Below are positions 51,018-64,000 of a stretch of 64,000 bases of DNA, one piece after another. Every line of letters starts with the position of its first letter. Position 1 is the first letter of the stretch. Below the pieces are notes generated by a model. That model saw nothing but the letters and a program-made list of their open reading frames with translations. It did no database searches and was not told the origin of the DNA. A program made the position numbers and the translations under genes. The stretch is taken from positions 14,446,001-14,510,000 of the forward strand of contig CP075492.1 of assembly GCA_021613535.1 (NCBI GenBank). The letters run 5' to 3'. The DNA is from Adineta vaga. Lineage: Eukaryota; Animalia; Rotifera.

Positions 51018-54000
51018 ATGATGATTGATAAATTACCTTTCATCTGGTTAATCATATATGTATCCGTTGCTGATGGTTCTCATTTTCGCGGTGGATCAAT
51101 TACATGGTTAGTTCCTAGTAAATTTAAGCAAATTTAAAAAAAATCTCTATTATAGGCGTCCTTCCAATAGAACTCCATCAGGTTCTGCAGTTTCTATTAT
51201 AGTAACTGAACGATTTTCGTGGCGTCTAAGTTCAACTGCATGCAATGCTATTACTATTGCTGCACAAACTTCTAAGATCGGTAATTATGACTCAGTACTT
51301 TGTGTTTCAGGCAACTGTAGTTTCTGGAGTTCTTTGAATACACAAACATTTTGCACTGATTTTGATGTTAATCTTGATGTTGCCTCTGGAGAATACTATC
51401 AAACATATAATTTACCAGTGAATATTTCATTCGGTATTGCCTATTCTTCATGTTGCTGGTTTGCAAATATTGTGAGAGGTGGTGGTAATATGGCGATTGG
51501 CAGTAAAATCAGTACTGTTATTAGACCGGATGGCTATATCAATACGAGTCCTATTGCTGTCTCTCTTCCTATTATTTATAAAAAAGTTGGTGAACAACAT
51601 GTTCATGTTGTTCAAATGTCGGATTTTGATGGAACCGACAAATTAAGATGCCGATGGTCTAATGGATCAGCAGCTAATATTAATGGATTCGACGAATGCG
51701 GTGGTCTCTGTAATGGTGTATCTGGTGCTAATCTTACACAAGCAACTTGTACTATTACATTTACACTTACAAACTCAAATATGTATGTTGGTGTGGCATT
51801 ACAAATTGAAGATTTTTATAATGATGCAGCAGTTGTGGCAAATACACCAATGAGTTCGGTTCCAATTCAATTTCTTTTCTATGGTTATAATGCACCTATA
51901 GGTTGTTCGACTCCACCTGTCATCATTGGTAATCGACGTAATAAAGGTAATGAACAATAGTGTTCAATGAATTTTTCTTATCTTTACTGATTTATATTTT
52001 AGCTCGTGTCGCTGTTATGTCTGGTGTTAATATTACGGAAACCGTTGTTGCAAAAGTAATGTGTTCTGGAAAGACGATTGTCAATTTTATTTCAAGTTTA
52101 CCAATTGGAATGATAAAAAGCAACATTCAAAATCGAAGCACTGGTCAGTTCATATTTTGTATTTGAATTCAACTTGTTGCATGTCTTATTTCTAGATATC
52201 TATACTATGACTCTCAAATGGGTTCCACTTTTGAGCCAAACTGGTCCACAAGTAGTCTGCATGGGAGCAGTTGATAATACTCAGGTGCAATCGAACCAAT
52301 GGTGTGTCACATTCGTAGTTGGATCTGTGGCACCTAATATTATTCAAAGTTCAGCTAGACCGAACGGTATTATTCTTCAAAATCAAAGTATCTTTACCAT
52401 TCGAAGTAATAGTTATTGAAATGACTGAAAGAAAATATAAAATTGATATATTTTTCATAGCCACAAGTCCTGTCAGACGTCCACTAGAGAATGATACATA
52501 TATATATTTTTGGGATGCCACACTTGGAGGTACTCTTGTTCGAAAATATGATTGTGCTTGGGAACCACAAATAACATACAATAATTTTACCATTGCTATT
52601 CATTTTTCTCCTGTTCCATGGATTCTGGGACATTCCTATTATGTCACATTTGACAGTGGTATCTATAGTCAACTTATTACTGTCGTCTTGCATCTTGAAT
52701 TGATACGTTTGTCTTTGTTCATTTTTAGGTGTAGCTACTGATACAACATTCTGGGGTATGATAAAAGTGAATTAATAACATCATATAGGAATATAATTGT
52801 AGGACTTGAATCTGCATCAATTACTGATCCAACATTTTGGTTTTTCAATGTTTCAACTTCAATATTACCACCATTAAGCTCAGACCGTAAGTGAAAACTT
52901 TTACTTTTAGATCATTATATATTCCCTTATACTCAGAAAAAATATGAGCTATGAAGAGAAAGAATACAGACGTACAATTTACTTCCATATTGATAGTACT
53001 GATCAATGTTCATAGACACATAGTTATACGTGAAAACTATAATAAGTTGATTGATTTAGTATGTCTTGCGCCAACAATAGTAGTCATACCTGCTTTGTCA
53101 ACAATGTTTTCGCCAATCGAATTTCGTCGAAATCAAGATTTTTACATTGTTTCAATTATTAAATTCAATTGTAATAAGTCATTATCTATGACGACTCACT
53201 GGACAATTACAAGTTGCAAATCTCTTTGCTCACATCAACTTTCAATCGATCCATCAATAGACACAACATTCAGTGAATTATATATTCCAGCACGAACTTT
53301 ACTATATGGTTTATATGAAATCAAATTGACTGTTAACATGATAAACCTGACAAACTTATCATCATCAGCAACTGTCTATGTTCGAATCACTGCATCAGGT
53401 ATAACTGCAAATTTAATTCAATTTGGAACATCAATGATTACACGTGGTAATCGTCAAGATCTTCAATTAGATCCAGGAAATTATTCTATTGATCCTGATC
53501 AAAATACTTTCAATGCCAGTGTAAGTTTCAGCTCAAAACAAGATGTTTTTACTTAATCATTTGTTTTAAATAGAATTGGAAGTATAAATATTATTGTCGA
53601 ATCTATGGTTTATCGTTGTTTCCCAATTTACAAGGTTCATTGTTGACAGTAGATGATATAAGAAATGATTCATCGAATCCATCATGTTTATTCAATCGAA
53701 CAGGATGGAAATTTGATAATTCTATCAATTCATCATTGACAATTCTTTCTGATTCACTTCGTTCCAATCAAACATATCAGTTTATGGTTTACATGGAAAA
53801 TCGTTATAATTCTTCACTTCAAGCAACTGGATATGTTCTTGTTAAAGTTGAAGATACTCGTCCATATATGATTTTAATAGGGTAAATTCAAGTTGTTGTA
53901 ATTTTGTATCAAACATGACGACTATATGGTTTCTTTTAGTTGTGTCATTTCGACATTATGTCAACCAAATTTAGAATTTCATCTTGTGAATCCAACAACA

Positions 54001-57000
54001 CAAGTAGCTTTATTTTCAGTTTGTAATGGAAATTGTTCGACAATTCAACATATTACATGGAATGTTTATCATAGTACAATAAATTCAACTTCAAATTTCA
54101 CTCAATGGACAATACTCAATCAAACAACTTCTTATCAAAATAGATGGTTTTTTGGTATGTAATTTATAACTTCTTTGAAGAGATAATATTTAATTCATAT
54201 TCGTAGGTACAAATACAAGTAATTTCACTGCTACAAATCAATTATTTTCATCGAATCCTCATATTTACTTGTGGCGATTTGAAGTTGTCTATATATTTTC
54301 GAATGAAACAGGTTCAAGTTCGTTCAATTTTTTTATTAATCAACCACTGTCGAACGGTTCATGTTCAATCAATCCTCTCAATGGTACAACAACTAGTCTC
54401 TTTACTATTTCATGTTCCAATTGGTTCGCCGAGGATGAAATCAGAGATTATGCTCTCTACAGTATGTGAATATACTCGTTTACATTCAACCATTTTTAAT
54501 TTACTCTTTGTAATTAGTTCGGACAAATGATCCAAAAAAGAAAATGATTCTAGGTTATTCAGCAGTATCAACATTTCAAGTTCGATTACCACCCGGCGAT
54601 AATCAAACAGCATTAGTTCATTTAACTGTTCATATTCGAGATACATTGAATTGTATAACTGAATTTGATCTTTCACCAGTTCTTGTTGTATCAGACATGA
54701 CAACAATTACAAATTTAATTAATGATATTCATAGTACATCAGACAGAACAATGACAAATGGAATTAATCAATTACTTACAAGTGAAAATCAAAATATAGT
54801 TGGACAATTGATCACATCACTTTCATTCATATTCAATCAATGGCATTATCAAATGATTGAAAAAGCTGTTTCAAGTAAATGTTCATAGAATAAAATGAAG
54901 CTATTTCTTGTTAATTCTTTTCTATAGATGGTATCCCAGCTGTAACAATTTATATTTCATCATTCGATACTCGAAGTTTTCAGCAAGTAAGTTTTTCATA
55001 AAACGATTTTCTTTATTCTATAATACAATCATATTTCAACTAGTTGTCAATGTCATGGAATCAATCAGCATTTGTAGAATATCAAAAGGAACTTAATTCT
55101 CATGCAACTATTCGTGATTATCTCATTACATTCATGAAAAGATTTCTCATAACCACATCGAATAGTATTAAACTACAAGCATCATCATTAGCACAATTAA
55201 CAAAAGCAACAAATGAATTAACACGAGTAGCTTTAGTAAGATCTGAAAATACTTTATTTTTCTATTTATATTGAATTTCTACGTATAGATAATTGCATCC
55301 GATCGATGTTATCAATTAGGGATAGCCCTCGATTCAATGAGAACGAAAATTCCATATGAAGATGCCCAATTTGTAGCAGGTGACCTCCTTCAATGTGCTT
55401 CCAATCTTATAAGTGTATGTACTATTGCTCATACAGGCAATTAGAAGAGTGATTTCTGTGAATATATTTAGGCAGTGAATGGACCATTACAACAACGAAC
55501 AACTATCTTAGATTTAGACTCATCACGAGCCACAACATTGCCTGATGATTACGATACTGATCTCGAACTAGACTGGGCCAATCCACGTAAGTTTCTTCCA
55601 TTCCATATAACATCGATATAATTATTGTGAAATGTCTAGATTTATTTGCCGATGGAGATGACTTCTCATGGGAAACAATACAAAAAAATCGAAATATATA
55701 TTATCAAAAACATTTAGCTTATCAAATTAGTATTCAAATGAATAAATTGATCTCATTGTTAACTTCAACGTTAAATATTCATATGAATATTGGACAAAAT
55801 TTCTCCATTGAAACATCGCAAGTGTTAATGACATTAGAAACAGTATCTAGTCAATCACTCTCAAATTCATCCACGAAACAAATTGGAAATAGTCAAATTC
55901 ATCTACCTTCCAATGGCACTGTAGATCTAAATAAGAGTGAAAAAATTTCTATTCGAGTAAGTTCTCTATCAATTTGTGAATTTGTCTATCGATGATCTTT
56001 TTGTTTTAGTCAATCTTGATGCCATTAGCTGAATTTGGTAACTCTTCGTTATCATCAAATACCAATCTTTCTCGATCGATATCATTTTCTTTTCTTGATC
56101 ATAATCAAGAGGAAATTCCTATTGAAACAACTATGAATAAATCTATTGAAATCATCATCCCTCGTGATCCTAATCTCATCGTTTCACCAATGATCCTACA
56201 AAATGCAACATTAATGAACATGGCACCTCATCACCTCAGTTTTCATTATCAGTATTTCAATCTGACTACTTCACTCCCAATGTCAGTTCATTGGAACATT
56301 CAACCATTGAATGTATCTGTTGCTTATTTAATTATCTATCGATTTGATCAAATACCACAACTGAATAGTTCCATCAATCAAATCGATGGATGGACACTGC
56401 TGTGTCCTTCTATATTGACAAATGAAAGTGTCTACACTTTTTATATTGATAATCAACATACGGTAGGTCATCAAGCAGTGATCTTTGGTGTAAGAGAATT
56501 GAATGCAACAGAGATGAATGAAAGATGTTCGAATTCATCAATTACTAATCCTCCCATTACTAATGAACGATATAATTTTACTTCAAATTATCAATTCAGA
56601 GTTTATACATCAGGTTGTTATTATCTTGACAAAAACAATCGATGGAAATCTGATGGATTATTAGTTGGTTCATTGACAAATTACAATCAAACACAATGTT
56701 ATTCTACGCATCTGACAACGTTTGTAGGTAGTTTCGGTGTTTTACCTGAAACAGTCGACTGGAGTTATGTTTTTGCTAATGCTGATTTTACGAAGAATCT
56801 AACTGTTTATTTGACAGTGATTTGTGTTTGTGTGATCTATATTATTTTGATCATCTATGCACGTTATTATGATAAGAAAGATGTGGAGAAATTAGGTGTG
56901 ACAGTATTACCTGATAATCACAAAGAAGATCAATATTTCTATCAGATCATTGTATTCACTGGTCAACGAACAAATGCTGGAACAAACTCAAATGTAAGCT

Positions 57001-60000
57001 GATGAAAAAGGAATACTCTGTCAGTTTCTGTTTTTTGTAGGTTCACTTTGTGATTCATGGCAATGATAATGATACGCGAATTCGAACATTTACTGATTCA
57101 CATCGTCGAATTCTTCAACGTGGTGGTGTTGATGCATTTCTCATGAGTGTTCCTAAATCATTGGGCTTATTGAATTGTATTCGTATTTGGCATGACAATA
57201 GTGGCAAAGGTTCATCATCATCATGGTTTTTGAAATATTTGATCATTCGTGATCTGCAAACAATGGACAAATATCATTTTATTTGTCAACGATGGTTAGC
57301 TGTCGAAAAAGATGATGGAAAAATTGAACGTGTTTTATCAGTAGCAAGTGAATTAGAAAAACGTCAATTTTCATTTGTTTTAGCCAAACAAACGTATCAT
57401 AGTGTTTCGGACGGTCATTTGTGGTTTTCAATCTTTTCTCGTCCACCATCAAACCGCTTTACACGTGTTCAACGATGCACATGCTGTTTTGTTCTATTAT
57501 TTCTTTCAATGTTTCTGAACATCATGTACTACGACTTATCAAATGAAGATAAATCAACAAAGTCAACCAGTATGTCATTCGGTTCACTCTATATTACTCC
57601 TCAACAAGTATGTTTGAAATATCTCATTCATTTCTTTTTACTAACCTATATCTGTCTTTTGAAGATAATCATTGGTATGATTGTTGAATTGTTTGCATTG
57701 ATTCCAAGTTTGTTCCTTGTTCAATTATTTCGGCGTCTTCGTCCTCGTCAAAAACAACAATCATCGATACGACAAGCTTTGTATAAACTTAAATCACTTC
57801 CTCAAGACAGTCTTGGGAAGAAGAATGTAAAATCACCATTCATATTTCCATGGTGGTGTATTTTTATTGCTTATGGATTATGCATGCTCATTATTGGTCT
57901 TTCCATTTTATTTATTATTGCTCGTGGAATTGAATTTGGTGATGAAAAAGTACAGAAATGGTTAGCATCGATTTTGAGTGGCTTCTTCTCTTCAATTCTA
58001 CTTACCGAACCATTAAAAGTAACATTCGAAACTTTGAATATTTAAATAAAATTCATTTCATTGTTGTAGATTATTTCATTAGCCATCTTCTTTGCTTATT
58101 TTTGTCGAAAATCAGATGATAATAAAGAAGCAATTGAGTTGTTAGATGACGATCAAGTGATATTAAATCATGATGAGGAGTATCTACATACAACTGAGGT
58201 CAATTTGAAGACATCTCCGATCCGTACTCATCGTCTGAATGAAAGCGAAGTCAATCGTCTTCGTCATTTACGTACGAAAGAAATTCAAATGTGGTCTGTC
58301 ATTCGAGAAGTCTCATTATATTTATGTTTTCTATCACTTCTCTGTGTGGTGATTTATTCAAATCGTGATTCGAATGCATTTTTACAAGTGAATCATCTTC
58401 GAAAATATTTTCTCAATTCAAGACAAATTGATTTAGATTATACCAAAGTTCGTTACTTTTGTTACAGGTTTTTCCATTAACAATATGACTAATTTAGGTT
58501 ACGACAATACAGCAATACTGGAATTGGTTGGAGAACAGTTTTGTAGACAATCTTCGCGCACAAGAATGGTATAATGGTGAAGCACCTCGAAATTTAAGTG
58601 GTTTTATTGATGATAAATCCAATCGATTGATTGGATGGGCAACTATGCGACAATTACGTGTCAAGTCTAAGACGTGTCAAACACGAAATCCAATATTTTC
58701 TATGTGTCAAGGTGATTACAATCTTCTTAACAACGATGAAGATTCCTATGCACCTGGATGGAAAAATGAAACATTACAAATCTATAGTTCATTTATTCAA
58801 CAAGCATTTACATATCAATCGGCTGATACATTGGATACATATATACGTGCTGGAGATCACAGTACTTATAGTGGTGGTGGTTATGTATATGAATTTCGTG
58901 GACGTATATCTGATCTTCGAAGTAATCTTTCTCAACTTCATCAACTTGGATGGATTGATAATCAAACACGAGCTGTGATGATTCAACTAACATTATACAA
59001 TCCCAATGTTCAATTGTTTACTGCTGTTACACTTCTTGCCGAGTTCATATCATCAAGTGGAATATTTACTTCTGTTCGTTTTGAACCAATTAGTTTTTAT
59101 GGTAATTTCGTCTCGTTTTTTTTTCGATATATCATTTCGTTTCTTTTTTTATTCTATCTAAGCATTCACATCAGTGTATCAATTGGTTTGTACAATTATT
59201 TACATGATATTGATCGTGTATTTCATGTGGACAGAAATTCGATTGTTATATGAATTGAAATGGAAATATTTTCAGCGATTTTGGTCTTATGTGGAAGTTG
59301 GAATTATCGTTTGTTCATGGACAAGTGTTGGTATTTATATTTGGCGTTATCATGAATGTCAACGAATTGGCCAATTATTTAAAGAAACAAATGGATATGT
59401 TTATATTAATTTACAATTAGCATCCTATATCAATGATATCTTAATATATTTATTGAGTTTTTGTTGTTTTTTTGGAACATTTCAATTGATCAAATTATGC
59501 CGTTTTAATCAACGTTTTTGTTTATTTATTCACACTCTTCAATATTCTGCCAAGGAATTATTATCATTTTCGATGATGTTTGCTTTTGTGTTTATGGCAT
59601 TTCTTTGTTTATTTCATTTCTTATTTATTTCCAAATTGCTTGAATGTTCAAGTTTGTTAGGCACAGCACAGATGTTATTTGAAATGACATTGATGAAATT
59701 TGATGCACATCAATTGAGTGACGCTGCGGCATTTCTTGGACCATTCTGTTTCAGTTTATTTATTGTTTTTGTTGTGTTTATTTGCATGAGCATGTTTTTA
59801 TCTATTATTGCTGATAATTTTCGTCGCGCACGAGAACATATAGACGATAAAACATATGGCATATTCTCATTTATGTTAGAAACATTTCAGCAACGGATAG
59901 GTAACAAATTTAGAAATGAATTTGATTGAAAGTAATTAATCAAGATCTGTTTAGGTATAAAGAAAGCACCAGGAATAGGAATTCAAGCAGAAAGAAACGT

Positions 60001-60177
60001 GACAGTGCCTGAAGAATATTGTGAGTCAGTTGAACGATTTCCAGAGAAAATCGATCAATTACTTAATGCTCTCAATCAAGTATGTGGACGTTTGATTGTT
60101 AAATTAGAAGTATTTATTGTTTTTTCGATTATTTGTAGATTTACATGGATCAAACGAAACAAACATCAATTCTATAA
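51018..60177 (+). CDS. Polycystin-1-like protein (signal peptide, SHFRGG-type N-terminal domain, REJ, GPS, PLAT, polycystin channel domain), many exons
   Basis: Start MMIDKLPFIWLIIYVSVADGSHFRGGSITW; REJ-like NQPLSNGSCSINPLNG; GPS GCYY..WKSDG..TQCYSTHLTTF; PLAT YQIIVFTG..IRIWHDNSGKG; HLWFSIFSRPPSNRFTRVQR; channel domain WIDNQTRAV..LYNPN..MFLSII. Last exon ends at TAA 60177. Confidence 0.92.
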
Positions 60178-60379
60178 ACTTTATCTTTTCTGATATATAT
60201 TCATTCAAAATGCTTTTTGTATAGTGATATATTTCGTTGTCATTTTATTCTATTCACAATAAATTTCAAAGATATAAGAACGATGTAATTACGAAACTTG
60301 TTTTTTCTCTCATGACTCATAAAATCTATATGAAGATAAAATGGCATTGCTTTATTTCTTTCAGTCAGTTTGTAAAAGA

Positions 60380-61063
60380 ATGAATACGATCAACGACTAC
60401 ACATACGAGGTAATCAACAATGAAACGGACGCACGTATTTGTGCTCAATTATTAGCTGAAGAATTTGCTACACATAATTCATTATCTATTTTTGATCAAT
60501 ACGATTCACAACGTATCTTTGATGATGATGCATGGCCATTATTGGCTGATACTTACAACGAACGATTATCATTTCTTGTCCGATATCGTCAAACAGGTGA
60601 AATTATCGCTACTATCTGTAATAATGATCTATATTTATCCCAACAAAAACAACCATATGATCCATCAAGTCCTGCATCTCCTTATGCCTTTTTTGATCTA
60701 TTAGATGATTTAGATGAGAGATTTATTCATGAAGAATTCGGTCAAGAACTGAAATTAAACAAGGTTCTGAAAATAACGATGGGAGCAACTCGAGCTGCAC
60801 ATTCAGGCAACGGTATTGGAACTCATTTACGTAAAATTATGTTAATACATGCTCGAGAAACAAAAGGATTTCAATATGCATTGGCACAAACAACTAACGA
60901 AGCAACTCAGCATATATATGTGAATAAATTAGGTGGAAAAGTATTGAGTGTTCTCGATCCAGCAACATGGATATGGAAAAAGGAAGGTGGTCAATCACGT
61001 CCTTATAAAGATTATAAAGGTGGTTCAATACCAAATATTCTACTTGCTTTGTCATCAATCTAA
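60380..61063 (+). CDS. GNAT acetyltransferase (arylalkylamine/dopamine N-acetyltransferase-like)
   Basis: QLLAEEFATHNSL; motif A ATRAAHSGNGIGTHL; QTTNEATQHIYVNKLG. Confidence 0.75.
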   Translation: MNTINDYTYEVINNETDARICAQLLAEEFATHNSLSIFDQYDSQRIFDDDAWPLLADTYNERLSFLVRYRQTGEIIATICNNDLYLSQQKQPYDPSSPASPYAFFDLLDDLDERFIHEEFGQELKLNKVLKITMGATRAAHSGNGIGTHLRKIMLIHARETKGFQYALAQTTNEATQHIYVNKLGGKVLSVLDPATWIWKKEGGQSRPYKDYKGGSIPNILLALSSI

Positions 61064-61343
61064 AAGAAATAAAAAGCTGTTAAAAAAATTCCAAACGCAT
61101 TTTATTGGATATAATTCCGTATAAGAAATGATCCAGTTGCCCTTGATTAATGTGTTCGATTCGCATATATCGACACACTTGCCCTGTATATTCTTTATCT
61201 CTCTCGATGCGTTCGTTCTTTTCTTTTTCTTCTGTTTTATTCTACCTCGCTTATCTTAAGAATCATGTTGGTTACCATCAAGTATACCTATACATAAATC
61301 ATATATTGAGAAAAGGATTGTTTTTCTCTGCTTATTTCGATAT

Positions 61344-62668
61344 ATGACGACTAAACTGATGAAGGCAGCTGTTCTTACCGAATTCGAAGCTCCGTTAGAA
61401 ATTAAACAAGTACCAATACCACAACCGGAACCAAATGATGTTCTTGTTAAAGTAGTTGCGTGCGGAATATGTCATAGTGACCTACATGGTGCTCGTGGAG
61501 GTACGTAAATGATTTTCGATCAGTTTCAGCACGACTATTTTTCTAACTATAACTATAGATTGGGCCGTAAATCCTTCTCTTCCCCTTATTTTGGGACATG
61601 AAGGTGTCGGTCATATTGTTGAATTCGGTAAAGATGTTTGTCCAGAAAAATACAACTTAAAAATTGGAGATATGATTGGTGTTCAATTGATTCAAGATAC
61701 TTGTCGTAAATGTGAATTTTGTCTTGATGGACGTGAAACATTATGTAGTTCTAAGATTAGTACTGGATATCACAAGGTATAGTAGCTTCTTCTTTGAATA
61801 CAAAAATTAATGCATTTTTGAGCTGTTTAGAATGGTCCTTATGCTGAATATGCATTGATAAATGTTGATTTTGCTGTAAAATTACCGGATGGTTTAGATC
61901 CATTCAAATCAGCACCACTCTTCTGTGCAGGTGTTACTATGTATAAAGCTTTAAAAGTTTCACATGCACAACCAAATGACTGGGTTTCTATTGTTGGTAT
62001 TGGTGGTTTAGGTAACATATTTTGTTGTATTCTTCACTTTATTAGAGAAAATGTATTCGTACAGGTTCTATCGGAATCAAATATGCAAAAATTATGGGTT
62101 TTCGTGTTATTGGTATTGTTGCTGAAAAAGATCAGGTACGGAACTGCTTAATTTGACATAGATTTCTTATAGAAGATTGTTACATAGGCTGCCGCTAATT
62201 TAGCTCGTGAAATGGGTGCTGATGAAGGTAATTTATTTCGATTAGCTTGAAATCTAAATATATCTGTTTTCAGTTTATGATGGTCCTGGTGATCAACACA
62301 GTACTTTTGTTGCAGAAAAAACAAATGGAGGTGTTCAAGCAGCAATTGTTAGTGTTCCTGTTATTTCTGCATATGAACAAGCATTATTATCATTGAAACA
62401 AGGTGGTCGTCTTGTAATGATTGGTCTTCCAATAGAGAAACTTTCGATTTCAATCGGACTATGTGTAGGTAAAAATTTGGAACTTGTAGGATCATTAGTT
62501 GGTACAAGAGATGATTTGAAAGAAACACTTGATTTAGCACAAAAACATAATATTCAATGTCCGGTTCAAACCTGTCAACTCGAAGAAATCAACGAAGTTC
62601 TCAGTGATATGGAACATTCTCGTTACATAGGTCGGAAAGTTATTGATTTCACCAAAAATACACAATAG
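61344..62668 (+). CDS. Zinc-dependent alcohol dehydrogenase (AdhP/yeast-ADH type, MDR superfamily), multi-exon
   Basis: MKAAVL..CGICHSDLH, GHEGVG, structural-Zn CRKCEFC..C, APLFCAGVTMYKAL, GIGGLG, GSLVGTR, GRKVI; at least 5 short introns. Confidence 0.92.
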
Positions 62669-62744
62669 AGGAGAATTATGCTAGAATAATAATATTGTAT
62701 TTCTTCTTAGAAATAAACATTCGTGAAAAAGGATGTATAATGTT

Positions 62745-63290
62745 TTATGTTGATCTATTCTTGAAATAAACTATTGTATGGACTATTTGACCATTTATTT
62801 CAATAGGCGGATATGTTGATGACATTCCTCCATTAAAAAAGCCAAGCCTTTCTGGAATAGCTCGCGATTTCAAATTCTTATCACCACAATGAATTTCCAT
62901 TCGATTCACATTCCATTGTTCAAATGCAAATTTCATTAACTGTTCAACTGCAGCTGTAATCAATCCTTGTCCTTGAAATGATTCTCCTAGCCAATAACCA
63001 ATATCAGCAGAATTTGTTTCAACATTTCGTGTTAAACGACATCGACCAACCATTTGATTTTCATTTAGCCAAAGTCCAAAAGGTAAAGAATTTTCTCTTG
63101 GTGTACCCCATCGTTTTTGAACATCTTCACGTGTTCGAAGCACATCGATACCACAAATATGTCGATGAAGATAATCGCGATTCAATTCAATTAACTCATA
63201 TAATCGATCGATTTGATCAGGTTGAATTAATTCAAGATACGCCTCCCTATTCGGTAAATAAAGACGTGGTATATTCATAAGCATTGTCAT
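62745..63290 (-). CDS. RimL/RimJ-like GNAT acetyltransferase (bacterial type), intronless
   Basis: LYELIELNRDYL, ADIGYWLGESFQGQGLIT, NRMEIHCGDKNLKSRAIPERLGF. Confidence 0.88.
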   Translation of the reverse strand: MTMLMNIPRLYLPNREAYLELIQPDQIDRLYELIELNRDYLHRHICGIDVLRTREDVQKRWGTPRENSLPFGLWLNENQMVGRCRLTRNVETNSADIGYWLGESFQGQGLITAAVEQLMKFAFEQWNVNRMEIHCGDKNLKSRAIPERLGFFNGGMSSTYPPIEINGQIVHTIVYFKNRST

Positions 63291-63456
63291 TTTGTTTTTA
63301 GAGAGTAACACTTTTTAATTTTTATATCATATAGACACGTGTTTCTTTTTTTCTTCACTTCTGTTCTTATCAAACAATACTACGTCAGCATTGACACATT
63401 TATATTTTTATTTAGAAATGATAAATTTCAATCTTATAGATTCTGAATGTATGTAA

Positions 63457-64000
63457 TTAATCATCTTGTAGGTGTGAATGTTGCATAACATAGACCTAAA
63501 AGACACGAAATCTAAGAGTTATACAAAAATTCAAAATTTTCTTAAAAAAACTGTACCATATCTGATCGATCCATATGATAATTATACGGTGGGAAATAGA
63601 TAACGATGCGTTTTTGATCATTGAGTGATCGACCAGCTCTCCAATTTGGATCATTTTCAAGTAAAACATCTAAAAGACGATAAATACCCATGACAAGTAC
63701 ACGATGATGTTGAAGTGAATCACAAAAAAGTGAACTAAATGTTACTGGCTCTAACTAAATAAATGAATATATGTTATTTTTGACTGTATAACAAAATGAT
63801 GTATTCTATACTCTTGTATCAATATCAGAAATAAGATCTCGAATTGTCACCATAGTCATTCGTGCTCGTCTACGTTTTTTCAGTAATTCTGATGTTTTAC
63901 ATGGTGTGAAACGTATTCCTTCTACTAGAATATCATCTAATTGCGGATCAATACCACCAACAAGAATATTCCGAAGAAGATTTACAGTATTGACATTGTA
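63457..64000 (-). CDS. 3' end of a divergent Slo/BK-family Ca2+-activated K+ channel (RCK2 C-terminus), partial
   Basis: Hand translation (absent from the ORF track): YNVNTVNLLRNILVGGIDPQLDDILVEG..RRRARM..; FSSLFCDSLQHHRVLVMGIYRL..KRIVIYFPP..DM|VYVMQ. This parallels the Slo1 pattern LIRxLxTGG..LCIGLYR..KRYVITNPP..D.VF. Confidence 0.75.

Overview
This is AT-rich eukaryotic genomic DNA with many short (~45-65 nt) GT-AG introns. The gene mix strongly suggests a bdelloid rotifer (inference): animal genes (two rhodopsin-class GPCRs, a PKD1-like polycystin, the 3' end of a Slo/BK K+ channel, a clan-3-like P450, an F-box/LRR-like protein) are interleaved with genes of bacterial, fungal or plant type (alanine racemase, DUF6606/DUF3638/DUF3645 giant, RING-VWA, SnoaL-like, fungal-type subtilisin, DHA1 MFS, AdhP-type ADH, RimL-type GNAT). 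About 24 genes were reconstructed by splicing the ORF track by hand. Main observations: (1) a bacterial-type alanine racemase has gained a signal-peptide exon and a GPI-anchor-like tail and carries altered active-site entry residues; (2) an arginine-type ADP-ribosyltransferase splices in phase onto a dynein light chain LC8-like domain; (3) a nucleoredoxin/tryparedoxin-like protein ends in a CaaX box; (4) an unnamed 2-TM family is present in three copies around the ART gene. Five genes carry single frameshifts, four of which are repaired by adding one base to a homopolymer, so these are probably assembly errors. No RNA genes, CRISPR arrays or recognisable transposons were found.
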